Part shown: one piece after another, positions 11,682 to 26,517 of the stretch
How the letters are laid out: each line of letters opens with the position of its first letter
Position numbering within the stretch: position 1 is the stretch's first letter
NCBI GenBank assembly: GCA_964016885.1
Contig: OZ024742.1
Span: 354,516,001 to 354,580,000, forward strand
Reading direction: 5' to 3'
Length of the DNA: 64,000 nucleotides
Source: Eledone cirrhosa
Lineage: Eukaryota
Notes under the pieces: generated by a model
Databases searched by the model: none
Told to the model about the DNA's origin: nothing
The model's input: only the letters and a program-made list of their open reading frames with translations
Translations under genes and position numbers: made by a program

Positions 11682-14600
11682 TTCCTTGAATCTCAGTCAT
11701 TGATGTTGGTTAACTGGAAAGTCCGTTGGATTGAATATCAAGCCACTACCTGCAGCCTCAGATATTCAGGACGTATCGGAGGGTTCTTGCTGTTCCAAGC
11801 AAGCATGCCTATTGAAGCGTTCCAAAAAGCGTGAAGGGGCCGATTTTCTTTAACCATCCCTGGAAACTTTTGGAGATAGTCCCCAGTGCGCCTATGACAA
11901 TCGGGATCACTTTGACTTCATGGCAGTTTCAAATCCTTTTCACCTCCCACTTTAGGTCCTGGTATCGGTTAATTTTCTCTCTCTCCTTCTATTGCACTCT
12001 CGTGTCGAACAGGCAGGCCACATCCACAATCAGACACGTTCTTTTTTCTTTGTCCACAACCACCAGCTCAGGTCTATTGTGTTCCAGTTTTTTGTCCGTC
12101 TGTATCATAAAATCCCACAGCACCTTCACCTGATTGTTCTCCATCACCGCCTCTGGCCTATGCTCATACCATTTCTCAGAATGTGGTAAACTGTTTACTT
12201 TGCACAGGTGCCAGTGGATCACCCTGCCCATCACATCGTGTCTCCAGCCCTTATAGTGGGTCTGGGCTAGGTGTTTACACTCGGACACAATGTGAGCCAC
12301 AGTCTCCTCTCTCTCTCCACAGATCCTGCACAGTGGGCTAGCCTCCTCCTTGTAGATATGGTGCTTCAACCACTTCGTTTTGAGGGCCTGCTCCTGCGCA
12401 GCCATTAGCATTCCTTCTGTAGCCTTTTTGAGGTCTCCTCTTCTCAACCAGTTCCATGTCTGTGGATCTCTAAATTCAGTTTTCTCAAAGAAGGTACTAT
12501 GAAGGGATTTTCCCTTAAGGCTGCTCTTCCTCCTTGATGTTATTTCCTCCTTGGACATCCCCTGGCCAACTGTCCCCTCCTTCAGTACAGTTCTGAGCAT
12601 TGGCTCCTTACTATAGGTCACGTATTTGTATAGGTTGTTTTTCTCCATCTGAACACAGTCCTCTATGCTGATAAGACCTCTTCCACCCTCAGATCTCCTT
12701 AGGTAGAGTCTATCGACATCACTCCTCTTGTGGAACATGTTGTAGATAGTCAATAGCTTCCTAGTCTTCCTATCCATTTCTTTTTGTTCAGCAACATTCC
12801 ATCTCAGAATTCCCGCACTGTACCTAATAATAGACACAGCTCGGGAATTTACTGCGCTTATGGCATTTCTGCGGTTCAGATGTGACTTCAATACGCTCCT
12901 TACTCTTCGAAAGTATTCAGTTCTTAACAATTCCTTCATGTTTTTGTTCTTTATGCCATCAGCCTCCAGAACGCCCAAATACTTGTATCCTTCCTCAGAG
13001 TCAATTTCCTTTATCATCTCACCTGTTGGTATCTGGATCCCGTTACTTCTGCTCAACCTACCCCTCTTCATCACAATAACTCCACATTTACCAATACCAA
13101 ACTGCATACATATATCACTGCTGAAAATACGGACAGTGTCAACAAGCACACCCAACTCCTTCTCACTTTTCCCGAAGAGCTTAAGATCGTCCATGAAGAG
13201 GAGGTGATTGATGGTAAGCTCTCCCCTTCCCAACTTGTATCCTGCTCTCACTTTTCGCAGCATAATGGTCAAGGGCATCAGGGCAAGGACAAACAACAGA
13301 GGGGACAGGCTATCTCCCTGGAAGATACCTCTCTTGATCTTCACGCTTCCCAAGGATACTCCAGTTGATGTCAACTCTGTCTCCCAGGACCCCATACTCC
13401 TGCCTAGCAACTGTCTGATGTTATCTGCCACCCTGAAGATCTCCAGGCTTTTGGTGATCCAGGAATGAGGCACTATGTCAAATGCCTTTCTGTAGTCTAT
13501 CCATCCCATGGCAAGATCAGTGTGTCTCCTCCTGCAATTCCCCATTACCATCTTATCAATAAGTAACTGGTCCTTTGTACCACGTGACTTCTTTCGGCAT
13601 CCTTTCTGTTCGTCCGGTAACAAGTTGTTTGTGTGGAGGTGATGGCAGATTTCCTCAGACACAATGCTCGTCAACAGTTTCCACATTACGGACAGACATG
13701 TGATAGGTCTATAGTTGGTAACATCATTACCCTTGATTCGGTCTTTCATTATCAGAACTGTGGTACCTTTTGTCAACCACTCTGGCACCTCACCCGACAC
13801 CAAGCAGTCATTGAACATGGCCGTCAGCTTCGGGTGGAGGGATGTTAAATGTTTAATCCAATACCCCTGCACACCATCTGGGCCTGGTGATTTCCAGTTG
13901 GTTAGTTTTTTGGCCTGCCCCTTAAGAGTTTCAACTGTGATACTCAAATCAGTTTGTTGTTGTGCCTGCTCACCGATCTCCCTCTGTACTGTCTCAATCC
14001 ACCCTGCCTGGGCATTGTGTCTAACATCCTGCTCCCATATTCCTCTCCAGAATGTTTTAGTTTGCTCCGCCCCAGGGATCAAGTCGTTGCCTCTTTTTTC
14101 CCCTCAAGCTGTCCAAACAGCATCTTCCGGTTGTTGTCGAACATACGGTTCTGTTTATACTGACTGACTCTGTTCTCGTATCGCCTGATTTTTGCACTCT
14201 TTGCTACAATGCGTTGCTTCAGTTCCTCTATGATAATATTTAGCTTTTTCCTCCTAGTTTTGTATTTTATTTCCAGTCTATTTTTAGTGCCTATGTTTTT
14301 TAGTGTCCCATTCAGTAGTGACTCAAGCTTTCCTATGTCATTTCTCATTTCCCCGATTTGCCCACTCAGTCGCCTCTTCCACCACGGCTCTGCTCTTTCT
14401 TGTCTGTTGTTTCCTCTCGCTTTTATACCAAGTAGTTTCCTCACCGTATTTGCTGTTGCTTTGAGGATATTGTTGCACTGGTGAAGGCTCCTCGCCTCAA
14501 GGTATGGGATGACTTTGTTTACCTTAGCTGTTGTTTCTTTTAACTTTTTCCTGTCTACAAATCTTAGGTGCATAGGTCTCCCACTATCATTGTTCAATTC

Positions 14601-16197
14601 ATCTACCACTAAATTTAGGATGTCAACCGAATCTTGTCCTAGCCCGTCAGCATTCATCTCCTCAGTGGCCGTATCTCTGTTCCAGGTATTATTTATCTCA
14701 GTATTCAGATCATTGTCTGCTTCGGGTGGTTCCTCCGTTCTCAGGAACTCTTCACCTTCATTTCCCACTGGCTCGCTTGTCTGGCATACTACACCCGCCA
14801 TCTCCAAGCCATTCTCTCTGCTCAGTTCCTCCAGTTCCAGCTCGCTTATCCATCCATTAGTTCTTATTACCCGAGCCTGCCCGGCCAATTTTTGTTCATC
14901 TAATTTAAATAAACCAATCTCGTTCCATATGTTATGCATCCGTCTCCTGTAGCCCCTCTCCTTGGGGTTACTTTTCAGGTAACATTGCATAACAGTTCTA
15001 TTCAATTCTTTCGTCCAGTTGGTTCTGGCCCCTTTCCTTCTTCTCCTTCCTCCAACATCAGCAGTATTTGGTTGACAGTCAGGTTCCTGCTGCTGAGCCA
15101 GGGGGCACCTGTTGGGTGAGAGTCTGTCACATGACGTTCTAGTCTCCATTTCACCGTTATTCGAACTGTTTATGTTCGATATTTAAACACTCTTATCGAG
15201 GATTGGCGAATGTATGGTTACATATCCATCTGTGGATCCGCCATTCCACTCGGCCCTTGTGTGGCATTATCACCACGCTGTATACGAACACACATAAACA
15301 AACAAACACACAGGCAGAAAGGGCCCCAACAATGAATAAGCATAAGTTTCATTGTAATGTAGTGTTCGAATGTCTGACTTAGTTTTTGTTTTTTAAATTT
15401 TAGTTTCCCCCCCCCCCCTCTTCTCTGTCCGTCCGCCTGCTTCTCTCTTCATTCTTATTTTCTTTACGTTTTTTTTTTTTTTTTTTTTTTTTTTTGTTTT
15501 TCTCTGTTTGTTTTTCTCGTTTTTTGCTGTTGTTGCTGTGCTGCTTTGGTTTTGTTGTTTGTTTTTTCTTTTTTCTTTTGAGTCTATCTATATATTTTGA
15601 TGCCTTCCTCTTTTTTAGCAGTAGGGATTCTATAATGTGGTGGCAGCAGCCAGCTAAAGAAGTGGGTGACTGGCGGCGGTAGCGATACTGAGACAGTGGT
15701 GGTGGTGATGTCGATACCGAGGCAGTGGTGGCGGTGATGTGACCGTATTACTGTAGTGATGGTGCTGTAGCGGTGGTAGCAGTGAAGGAGTGAAGGGCTG
15801 GTGGCGGCGGTGATGGGATAATGGTTGTAATGATGGTCGTAGTGAGCGGTGGTGGTTTAGTGTACACAGCTGATGGGGTGGGTGGTGTATCTAGTTTCTG
15901 GTGTTGGTGAGTTTGGCTGTTCTATATAGTGTAGACAGAGGAGGAGGGGGGGGTTCTTCTTCCATGTATAGCCATTTTCTTTTTTGGATATACAGTGTAC
16001 AATACAAAGTTGAATATTTGAATATTTGAGCCTTATAACAATATATTTTGGGTCCGAATTTTTTGGGGCTCAAGCCGGGTGCTTTACGTAGCAATTGTAC
16101 TAAGAGTTGTTATTTCACAAATGATTTAAATATGTTAAAAATTCAAAACTTACGGGAGCGATTTCATGACCTCCGTCACCTCGTGCGTCTTCTTCCC

Positions 16198-16198
<1 letters not shown>
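11682..16198 (-). mobile_element. Full-length R4/Dong-like element, family B (copy B3)
   Basis: 5' end AGGGAAGAAG abuts (TAA)n and is shared with B4; ~1-kb 5' UTR, one long ORF, ~75-bp 3' UTR. Confidence 0.93.
11758..15149 (-). pseudogene. RT-RLE ORF of copy B3 (one frameshift at ~14080, one stop at ~11989)
   Basis: ORFs 14079-15149 and 11989-14082 join; motifs KSPGPDG, NYRPITCL, GIFQGDSLSPLLF, FMDD, CRICG..ETVAHIVSEC, NRPE..VD. Confidence 0.92.
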
Positions 16199-16258
<60 letters not shown>

Positions 16259-16280
16259 CATTATTATTATTATAATTATT

Positions 16281-19200
16281 GTTTTTGTGTCTCAGTCAAT
16301 GATGTTAGTTAACTGGAAAGCTTGTTGAAATGAATATCAAGCCACTACCTGCAGCCTCAGATATTCAGATATAGCTGTTCCCAGCAAGCATGCCTTTTGA
16401 AGCGTTCCAAAAAGCGTGGCGGGGCCAATTTTCTTTAACCATCCCTGGAATATTTATGAGATAGTTCCTAGTGCGCCTATGAAAATCGGGACCACTTTGA
16501 CTTCATGGCAGTTCCAAATCTTTTTTACCTCCCACTTTAAGTCCTGGTATCGGTTACTTTTCTCCCTCGCCTTCTCTTTCACTCTCGTGTCGAATGGGCA
16601 GGCTACATCCAAAATCAGGCACGATCTTTTTTCCCTGTCCAAAACCACCAGGTCAGGTCTATTGTGTTCCAGTTTCTTGTCCGTCTGTATCCGAAAATCC
16701 TACAGCACCTTCACCTGATCGTTTTCTATCACCGACTCTGGCTTATGTTCATACCACTTCTCAGAATGTGGTAAGTTGTTTACTTTGCATAGGTACCAAT
16801 GGATCACCCTGCCCATCACATCATGTCTCCAGCCTTTATAGTGAGTCTGGGCTAGGTATTTACACTCGGATACAATGTGAGCCACAGTCTCATCTCTCTC
16901 TCCACAGATCCAGCACAGTGGGCTAGCCTCCTGCTGGTAAATATGGTGTTTCAACCACTTCGTTTTGAGGGCCTACTCTTGCGCAGTCATTAGCATTACT
17001 TCTGTAGCCTTTTTAAGGTCTCCTCTTTTCAACCAGTTCCATGTCTGTGGATCTCTGAATTCAGTTTTCTCAAAGAAGGTACTATTAAGGGATTTTTCAT
17101 GAAGGCTGCTCTTTCTCCTTGTTGTTATTTCCTCCTTGGACATCCCCTGGTTAATTGTCCTCTCCTCCAGTACAATTCTGAGCATTGGCTCCTTACAATC
17201 AGTCACGTATTTGTGTAGGTTGATTTTCTCCATCTGAACACAGTCCTCTATGCTGATAAGACCTCTTCCACCTTCAGATCTCCTTAAGTAGAGTCTATCG
17301 ACATCACACCTCTTGTTGAACATGTTGTAGATAGTCAATAGCTTCCTAGTCTTCCTATCCATTTCTTTCTGTTCAGCAACATTCCATCTCAGAATTCGCG
17401 CACTGTACCTAATGATAGAAACAGCTCGGCAATTTACTGCACTTATGGTATTCCTACTGTTCAGATGTGACTTTAATACGCTCCTTAATCTCCGAATGTA
17501 CTCAGATCTTATCAATTCCTTCATTTTATTGTTCTTGATGTCATCAGCCTCCAGAACACCCAAATACTTGTATCCTTCTTCAGAGTCAATTTCCTTTATC
17601 ATCTCACCTGTTTGTACCCGGATTCCGTTGCTCCTGCTGAATTTACCCCTCTTCATCACAAGGACTCCACACTTACTAATACCAAATTGCATACATATAT
17701 CATTGCTGAAAATACGGACAGTGTCAACAAGCACATCCAACTCCTTCTCACTCTTCCCGAAGAGCTTAAGATCCTCCATTAAGTGGAGGTGATTAATGGT
17801 AAGCTCCCCCTTTCCCAACGTGTATCCTGCTCTCACTTTTCGCAGTATAATGGTCAGGGGCATCAGGGCAAGGACAAACAACAGAGGGGATAGACTATCT
17901 CCCTGGAATATACATTCTCTTGATCTTCACGCCTCCGAAGGATTCTCCAGTTGATGTTAAGTCTGTTTTCCATGAGTTCATACTTTTGCCATCCCATGTC
18001 TATCCATCCCATGGCAAGACCATTGTGTCTCCTCTTGCAATTCCTCATTACCATCTTATAAATAAGTAACTGGTCCTTTGTACGACGGGACTTCTTTAGG
18101 CATCCTTTCTGTTCGTCCGGTAACAAGTTGTTTGTGTGGAGGTGATGGTAGATTTCCTCAGACATAATGCTTGTTAATAGTTTCTACATTACGGACAGAC
18201 ATTTGATAGGTCTATAGTTGGTAACATCATTACCCTTGATTCGGTCTGTCATTATCAGAACTGTGGTATCTTTTGTCAGCCACTCTGGTACCTCACCTGA
18301 CATGAAGCTGTCATTGAACATGGTTGTCAGTTTCGGGTGGAGAGGTGTTATATTTTTAATCCAATACCCCTGTACACCATCTGGACCTGATGCTTCCCAG
18401 TTGGTTAGTCTTTTGGTCTGCCCCTTAAGAGTTTCAACTCTGATACTCAAATCAGTTTGTTGTTGTGCCTGTTCACTAATGTTCTTTTGTACTGTCTCAA
18501 TCCACACTTCCTGATCATTATGTTTAACATCCTTCTCCCATATTCCTCTCCAGAATGTCTTAGTTTGTTCCGCCTCAGGGATCAAGTCGTTGGCTCGTTC
18601 CTTCCCTTCAAGCTGTCCAAACAGCATCTTCTGGTTGTTGTCAAACATGCGGTTCTGTCTATACGGATTGACTCTGCCCTCGTATCGCCTAATTTGTGCA
18701 CTCTTTGCTACAATCCGTTGCTTCAGTTCCTCTATTATAATATTTAGCTTTTTCCTCCTAGTTTTGTACTTTATTTCCAGTCTATTTTTATTGTCTATGT
18801 TTTTTAGTGTCCCATTCAGTAAGGAAACAAGCTTTCCAATGTCATTACTCATTTCCCTGATTTGACCATTCAGACGTTTCTTCCACCAAGGTTCTGATCT
18901 TTCTTTTTTTGTTGTTTCCTCTCGCTTTTATGCCAAGTAATTTCCTCATCGCATTTGCTGTTGCTTTGAATATATTGTTGCACTGGTGAAGGCTCCTCGT
19001 CTCAAGCTATGGGATGACATTGTTTACCTTAGCTGTTGTTTCTTTTAACTTTTTCGTGTCGACAAATCTTAGGTTCATAGGTTTCCCACTATCATTGTTC
19101 AATTCATCTACCACTAAGTTTAGGATATCAACCAAATCTTGTCCCAGCCCGTCAGAATTCATCTCCTCAATGGCAGTATCTTTGTTCCAAGTATTATTTA

Positions 19201-20518
19201 TTTCAATATTCAGATCATTGTCTGCGTCGGATGGTTCCTCCGTTCTCTCAAACTCTTCCCCTTCGTTTCCCACTGGCTCATTTGCCTGGCATACTCCACT
19301 ATCCATTTCCAACCTAATCTCTCTGCTGAGTTCCTCCAGTTCCAGCTCGCTTATCCACCCATTAGTTCTTATTACCCGAGCCTGCCCGGCCAATTTTTGT
19401 TCATCTAATTTAAATATACCAATCTCGTTCCAGATGTAATGCATCTTTTTCCTATAGCCTTTTTCCTTGGGTTTACTCTTCAGGTAACATTGCATAACAG
19501 TTCTATTCAATTATTTCGTCCAGTTGGTTCTGGTCCCTTTCCTTCTTCTTCTTCCTCCGATACCAGCAGTATTTGGTTGACATCCAGGTCCCTGCTGCTG
19601 AGCCAGGGAGCACCTCCTGGGTGAGAGTCTTTCACATGACATTCCAGTCTCCACTTCACCGTTATTCCAACTGTTTAGGTTCGACATTTAACCACTCTTA
19701 TCGAGGACTGGTGAATGTATGGTTACATAACCACCGGTGATTTCATCACCTCCAGTGATTTGATCACCCTCGGTGATTTTAGCGTGGCACTACCACGCTG
19801 TAGACGAACATAAATAAACAAACAAACAGGTAAAAATCCCCAAACTAAGCACAAGTTTCATAGTAATGTAATGTTTGAATGTCTGACTTGTTTTTTTTTG
19901 CTTGTCTGTCTCTCTATTTGTTTTTCTTTTCTTTTTTTCTTTTCTTTACGTTTTTCGTTGCTGCTGTGGTGTTTTTATTTTTATTTTTAATTTTTTTATT
20001 TGTTGACCGGGTCATCTAATCAGTCTATTTATATCTTTTGATGCCTTCCTCATTTAGTGGGAGTACTATGATGCCTGTCTTAGCAGGAGGTTGTGGGAGA
20101 GAATAGCGGCGGTAGCGATAATGCGGCAGTGGTGGTGGTGATGTGATCGTAGTACTGTAGTGATGGTGTTGAATTTGAAGTAGAAATAGAAGTTGAGATA
20201 ACTTGACTAGAGTTTTTGGCGTGGTAGTGGTGATGGTGGCGGTGGTGTTATTGGTGGTGAAATTATTTGCCTGTCTGTCCACTTAGCCATTTTCTCATTT
20301 TCGACTATAACATTTCTGATCCAAAATTAAATATTAAATATTGGGGCCCTATGCCGTAGTGTCATGCGTTGTTGCCTGCTGAGGGTAAAAAACTGTAATC
20401 TTATATTTCATTTGAAATAATAAATATTCTATCACAGATGTTTTAAATAAGTAAAAATCAAAAACTTACGGGAGCGATTCCATAACGATATATATCCACC
20501 ATGTGTGTTTTCTTCCCT
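16281..20518 (-). mobile_element. Full-length, more decayed R4/Dong-like element, family B (copy B4)
   Basis: ORF fragments 19007-19510, 18184-18852, 17863-18165, 16973-17881, 16700-16954 and 16454-16648 are colinear with B3; FMDD mutated to LMED; internal deletions. Confidence 0.93.
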
Positions 20519-20538
20519 ATATTATTATTATTATTATT

Positions 20539-20820
20539 GATATGGCCGCACATGTGTGAAGACAGTACAAATCTGCGGGGAAAAAGGTTCGTAACTTTAA
20601 GCTGTTTTAAAGTGTCATTGTTTGTATTTTCTTGTCGCTAACGAAACTTAAGGTACACATCTTGATTTAAAGAGAGGGATACTTCTCAATATTCGGGCTT
20701 TTTGCCCAAATATTCAGATTTATTTTTTTTAAATTTCGAAGAAAATCGCTTCCCCACCAAAAAAAAATTATGAACATTGTCGACCTTGAAACGGTAAACA
20801 ACGTTCAGGTCAAAGTTTAA
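20539..20820 (+). mobile_element. Probable orphan 5' UTR fragment of a Tx1-like element
   Basis: AATATTCGGGCTTTTTGCCCAAATATT resembles AATATTTGGCCTTTTGGCCCAAATATT in the 5' UTR of copy D3 (~29315-29340); TTA on both sides. Confidence 0.45.
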
Positions 20821-21060
20821 TTATTATTATTGTTATTATTATTAATATTATTATTATTATTGGCGACCTACTTAGTAAATGGTATAATAGTGAGCTCCGC
20901 AAAGGTTTGTTATTTTCAGTTGTTTAAAATTGCCATTTATGTAAAAATATTATTGTTAACAGTTTATAAGTGCACATACATGGATTTCTGAAAAGGACAA
21001 TCAAAAAGTGTGCGGCCTTGAGCGCAAAATTTAAACTTTTATAATTATCCAAAAAAAATC

Positions 21061-22910
21061 ATGGCCGACTCGCAGCTGAACCCAATAGCTGAGAGCCTTC
21101 CTCATAAACTAACACCTCACACCGACACCACCATTGTAAATATTACCACGTTTGCCAACACTAAAAATATAAGCAGTAGCAATATTTTTAATTTGTCTCA
21201 GACAGACATTTATTTCCCGCCATTACCAATGAGTGCAGGTGTTGAAGCCGCCCCCACCCCACCCCACCCCACCAACACCACTGCAACAACTGAAACAAAA
21301 GAAAAAAATAAATTATCTCGTGATATCGAAACGAATTCAGCCAAAATAAATTCTTCCACACCGAACACCACTGACGCCACCACCACCACAACTGAAACTA
21401 AAATTAACAATAACAAAAATAACGATAACAACAACAGCAACAATGAGAATAAGAAAACCCTGTATTTTGCCAGAGTAGTGAGAAAGTGCGAAGCATTCCA
21501 ATTAACTCATGAGGAATTAGAAGAAGCTAAAAAATGGTAAAGAAAGATGGGTACAGGGTCAGCCCCCACCCCCACACGCACACACCTAATAAAATGGAGC
21601 ATCGGCGCCTATGCACCGTGTCTTATTAGACGATTAACATAAAATCGCGCCGAGTGGAACGGGCATCCGAGTCCCAAATCCAAAAAGCTTTGGGACATGT
21701 GTGGGCAAAAAAAACCCACATGAGACTTGGGCAGAAATATGGAACCGTGGACGTTTTATTTTAAGAAGTGACGACTTCACACTAGTCCCAAGCTATTGTG
21801 GCCAGAGACTCGTGAAAATCAGGGTGACCCACATTCCACCGGCCATCGAAATTCCCTGGCTAATGGCTGCCGTCCTCATCGGCATCGAAGCCAACAGCAA
21901 GATAATCGAAATAGCGAAACAAAAGCAGGAGAACTGGTCCGGATCTGGGATGGAGCTCCTGATCCAAGCGTACCAAAAAAGCATTGAGGAGATCCAAGAG
22001 GTAATAGACCTCACTGACGGCAGCCACCTCACCGTAATCGTCGAGGGCAGAAGGCCTATGTGTGTCGTCTGTGGTGAAGGAACCCACCTAACGTCTTTCT
22101 GCCCTCAGACTAAAAGGTTGCGGCCACCTCTCTTACCCACCCCAGTGACTCAACAATCAACACCACCAGCAGCAGAAATGGCAACAACAACTGTAGCAGC
22201 AACAACAGAAGCAACTGTAACAGCAACAACCCCAGCAACAGTAGCAAAACCAACGCCTGTGGAGGATTTTACACACCCCGACTTATCGCAACTGCAGACA
22301 TATTGTGACGACGAGGAGTGGGAAACGGCATCAGAAAAAAGAAATGAAGAAAAAGAAACCAAAAAAGAAAAAATCCCCTTCATCCCCCCTCCAAAAACAA
22401 AATACAGGGGGAAACAAATATACTATCAAACAAAACAGTTAGGACAGCTATGCCACTGTCCACACCAGCATCACCAATCCCATCACCACAAACACCAACA
22501 CCATGACCATCATTAACCGCAACACCGCCATCACCAACACCACAAATGTCACCAAAAAGCGAAACAGAAACAAACCCACAATAAACGCAAACAAAACAAA
22601 ACAACCAAAACGATACACACTACACAGCATTAAATTTGAACAACAACCAATTATTACACTAAATCCAACACAACACCAGCATCACAGAAAAAGATACACA
22701 ACAACCCAAATGTTCACACCACCTCTACACATACAAATCACTCGCATTACACAGAAAACGTACACGACACTAAAACAAAAACTCCCCAAAGACATCGGAG
22801 ACTTCCGACAAGCACTCTCCAGGCTAATTTATAAGGACATCCTTCTGGAGGAGGCCACAAGCAGTGAAAAAGATGGAGAAACCAACCTTCCTCTACGAGA
22901 AGTAAGGTAA
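21061..22910 (+). pseudogene. Tx1-like ORF1 (gag-like, CX2CX4HX4C knuckle), disrupted
   Basis: CVVCGEGTHLTSFCP in ORF 21701-22516; N/T-rich low-complexity ends; homologous to 29411-31320. Confidence 0.8.
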
Positions 22911-22944
22911 GTGGTCTTTCCCATCTTTTCCACGCCATTTCAAC

Positions 22945-25900
22945 ATGACCTCACTCAGAATAGGCAGCATAAATGCGCGTGGCTTGGGGTCGTCATGGAA
23001 GCAGGGCTACCTGCTCAACGACCTCAGGTCACCGAACATAGATGTAGTGGCCAACAACGAGACCAGAATCTTCGACGCACGGGCCGTCGCACCGATCTTC
23101 GGCGGCTACGATGTGTACGCATCTCCCAGTCGTCCTGGATCGGGGGGTGGAGTTGCTGTGCTTTTTCGGAGAGGTATGGATCTCGCCATACGGGCCATCT
23201 TCCTGGACCCAGAGGGTAAGTTAGTGGTGCTGGACATGACCAGCGGAGTTGGGCAAGCTATCAGGCTAGTGGCCGTCTGGAGACCTTTCTTGGAACGTCC
23301 CGCTCTTTAGTGTTAGTGTGCGACTGGAACGGGATCTTAGATGCAATCGTTGACTGTGTGGGATTGGCGGATAGGGGAGGAGGGTGTAAGAGCCTCACCA
23401 ACCTGCTCAGGCGTTTTGAACTGTCTGACAGGTACCAATTGGATTTACCGAAAGCCAATGTGGAATTGGAGAAATCGCATAGGGTCTTCCAGATCATATC
23501 TAGATAGAGTATTTTGTAGGCAAATAGTTAGGTCTAGGATAGGCTGTCCACAATTCAAGATAGTCAGCTACACGGACCACAAATTCGTGATCTGTGTGCT
23601 TGACTTAGATAGGCTTCATAGACGAGGACCCGGCTACTGGAAGCTAAACGCGTCCTTACCAGCACGCAAGGCCTACAGAGACCGGATTAGCGAACTGGTT
23701 AAGCGAGCGTTGACGGGGGCCATCGTCAAAAACAAATGGTGGTTTGCTCTGAAATGAGCGATTAGAATAGGGTTCATTAGGTTTAGTAAGGCTTTAGCAA
23801 TAGACAAAAATAAAGCAGAGGTAGAACTAGTTAGAAAATTAAACGAGGCGCTTAGCCAAGGCATCGCGACCGACGTACTTGCGGCGAAATTGGCCCTTGA
23901 CCAATTCTTGAATGCAAAGCACGAAAGCTACGTTGTCAGAGCTAGGGTGCGTGCTCTCAGACACGAGGGGACAAAAGCTGTTCAATGGGCCCGAGTGGCG
24001 GAGGCGCGTTGCGCAACAAAGCCACCATCCGGTCTTTGGTGGACCAGTACGGGGCATGCTACTCGATCCCGGGCAAATGTGTGAAGTTTTCCAGCCACAC
24101 TTCGCACAGCTGTTCGGGTGCATCGGCGGGCCGGATCGAGGAATGGACTTTAGTGTCTACCTCGACGGACTGCCGGGCTCTCGACCACTGAGGTGGAGTG
24201 TTGAGAAAAGCCGATAACCGCCGCTGAAGTACGGGAGGCAATCACTGGCTGCACAAGGGGTAAATCGCCTGATTTAGATGGTCTGCCCTATGAATTTACG
24301 TACAAATGCCAGACTTGTTCGGAGGCCTCTTGTCGGACGTCTACTGCAACTAGCAACAGAACGGGAGAAATCCCAGATATGTGAGCCGAGAAGCTGTGGC
24401 GCTGCTGAGAAAGGATCCGAACAAGGGGGATAACATAGATAATTTTAGGCCCATAACTCTGCTAAAGACGGAGTTAGTTCAAGATTTTGTCCAAGGTTGG
24501 CGCTTGTCGTTGGTGGTCTGGTGGGAGAGGCGCATACATGCACCATTCCCGAGAGATCCATCCACGACAACCTCCACCTCCTGCGATACATCGTAGAGAG
24601 GGTAGCTAGGGAACCTGGCACGGGTGGGTCTTTGATCAATTTAGATCAGTCGAAAGCTTTCGGGTCGACCAACGTTACCTAGCGGCAGGCCTGAGAGCAG
24701 CTGGCTTTGAGCCCGTCTTCAGAGGCTGGATCGCTGCCATGCACAGCGAGATCTGCTCTGTGGTGAGAGTGATCGGTCACCTTTCGTAATCGTTCAACAT
24801 CATGCACTCGGTCCGCCTAGGATGTCCCCTCTCGCCCCTCTTGTACGTATTGACTCTCGAGCCATTACTTCACAAACTGGAGACGTTGAGGTGGTTCCCG
24901 CGCGAACTAGGATGCGGAAGATCCGTGTCAGCATATGCCGACGATGTCACCGTAGAGGTGTCGAACGCCAAACACATCGAGGCGATCGGCACTACACTAA
25001 GAGAATACGAAGCGGTGACAGGAGCAATGATCAACCAGGAAAAGTCAGTGGGCCTGCAGCTCGGCACCTGGAGAGGTAGGTCCATGCCGTCCAACAGCAT
25101 CGTCGGGCGCTGGACGGACGGACCGGTTAAATTGCTAGGGTCTGGTTCGGTCCGGTCCTCCAGACGGACAAAAACTGGGACGAGCTGACGAGCAGGGTGG
25201 CTTCTCTCACCCAGAAATGGGCCGAGAGGAAGCTATCCCTGAAAGGTCGAGCGGAGGTGGATAACGCGTACATCGCGTCCTTTATCTACTACCGCCTGAC
25301 CGTCGTACCTTGTCCTAAGCCCCGCCTGACTGCGCTGGAGCGTTTGCTCTTTCGCTTTTTGTGGAAGGGACGCGCTCCGATGGTCAGGCGGTCCATCTGC
25401 TGTCAACACCCGTACGTGGAGGGATGGGCATGCCGTTGCTGATAATGCGCAGACACGCGCTCAGGCTACTCCATCGCCACCTCTTCCTCGACGGTGCTCA
25501 GGTGTGGTCACCGTTTGCTAGACGCGTCTTTCCCCAGCTCGTCTCATTGACGGAGCTGCAGTCCCGGGTGAAGCGAAGATCGAGATGGAGCGCTTGGAGA
25601 CTGGAATGTCTTCAGGCGCTCACAGCCCTCGACCAATCGGGCAATGTGATCGGTGGAAACTCCACTGTGGCGTTATATAGAGGATTAGGGGAGGGGAAGA
25701 GCGACGACATACTTGGAGAAACTCTAGGCGTCGACGAAAATCATCTAGCCAATCTCTTCGGAAGAACTTTCGGGCCGGGGCCTATGGACAACTTCCAGAA
25801 ATCCCTGGCCTGGCAGTGCTACCGAGGAGTTTGCCAGTTCGGAATAAACTGTAAAAACATGGAGGTGCCGTCAGCGAGGCATGTCCGAGATGCGCGCAGT

Positions 25901-26271
25901 GCGACGAAACCGTCCTGCACGCACTCGTCCAATGTCAGACAGTGCTGACTCGTGGGATTATGTCGAACACATGCTGTCACGTGTAGGACGGATCCAGCTA
26001 TCAGCTGAGTCCATCGTGAGGATTGTCACGCCCTCTTCCTTTAGCCGGGAAGTGCAGGCAGGTTTTATCTGTCTGGTGGACACGTTTGAAAGGGCTGAAG
26101 ACGAGCACTTACCTCTTCGGTGATGCCCTGATTAACTTTTTCGAATTTCATTTGAAAAGGAAAATCAGGGTAGAGATGGAAGTGCTCTCTTCCCAGCATT
26201 TTGTTGAAAGATGTGTGAGGTAAGCAAGTATGGCCCGAGTGAATGGGCCTACTCTGAGTATGTGTCTGTAA
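22945..26271 (+). pseudogene. Tx1-like ORF2 (APE endonuclease-RT-zinc finger), multiply frameshifted
   Basis: SINARGL, NET, DWN, SYLDR, TDH, GYWKLN (APE); NFRPITLL, LDQSKAF, VRLGCPLSPLLY, YADD (RT); LSLKGRA. Confidence 0.9.
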
Positions 26272-26517
26272 ATTAAAGGTGGAAAACTGAGAGAGGGCAC
26301 TTGCCCTGGTGGTCAGGGTCACTGTGGCCTTTTAATGGGCTTTCTCCAGAAATGTTCCTCGGAAGTCTCCCGCCTATTGGGGAACTTTTCATTGTTATTT
26401 TTTGTTACATCCTGTTTTTGTTCGTTTACACGCAGAAATGCCCATTTGTACCGTCCTGTATTGTCCTGCACTGTTCTTAATGTCTAATTATGTAAACCCT
26501 TGTGGTTAATAAAGAAA

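Noticed and set aside
14509-14952. Antisense ORFs over retrotransposon coding regions (also 13715-14167, 19014-19439, 29284-29943)
   Set aside because: Shadow frames of the TE ORFs or of low-complexity sequence.
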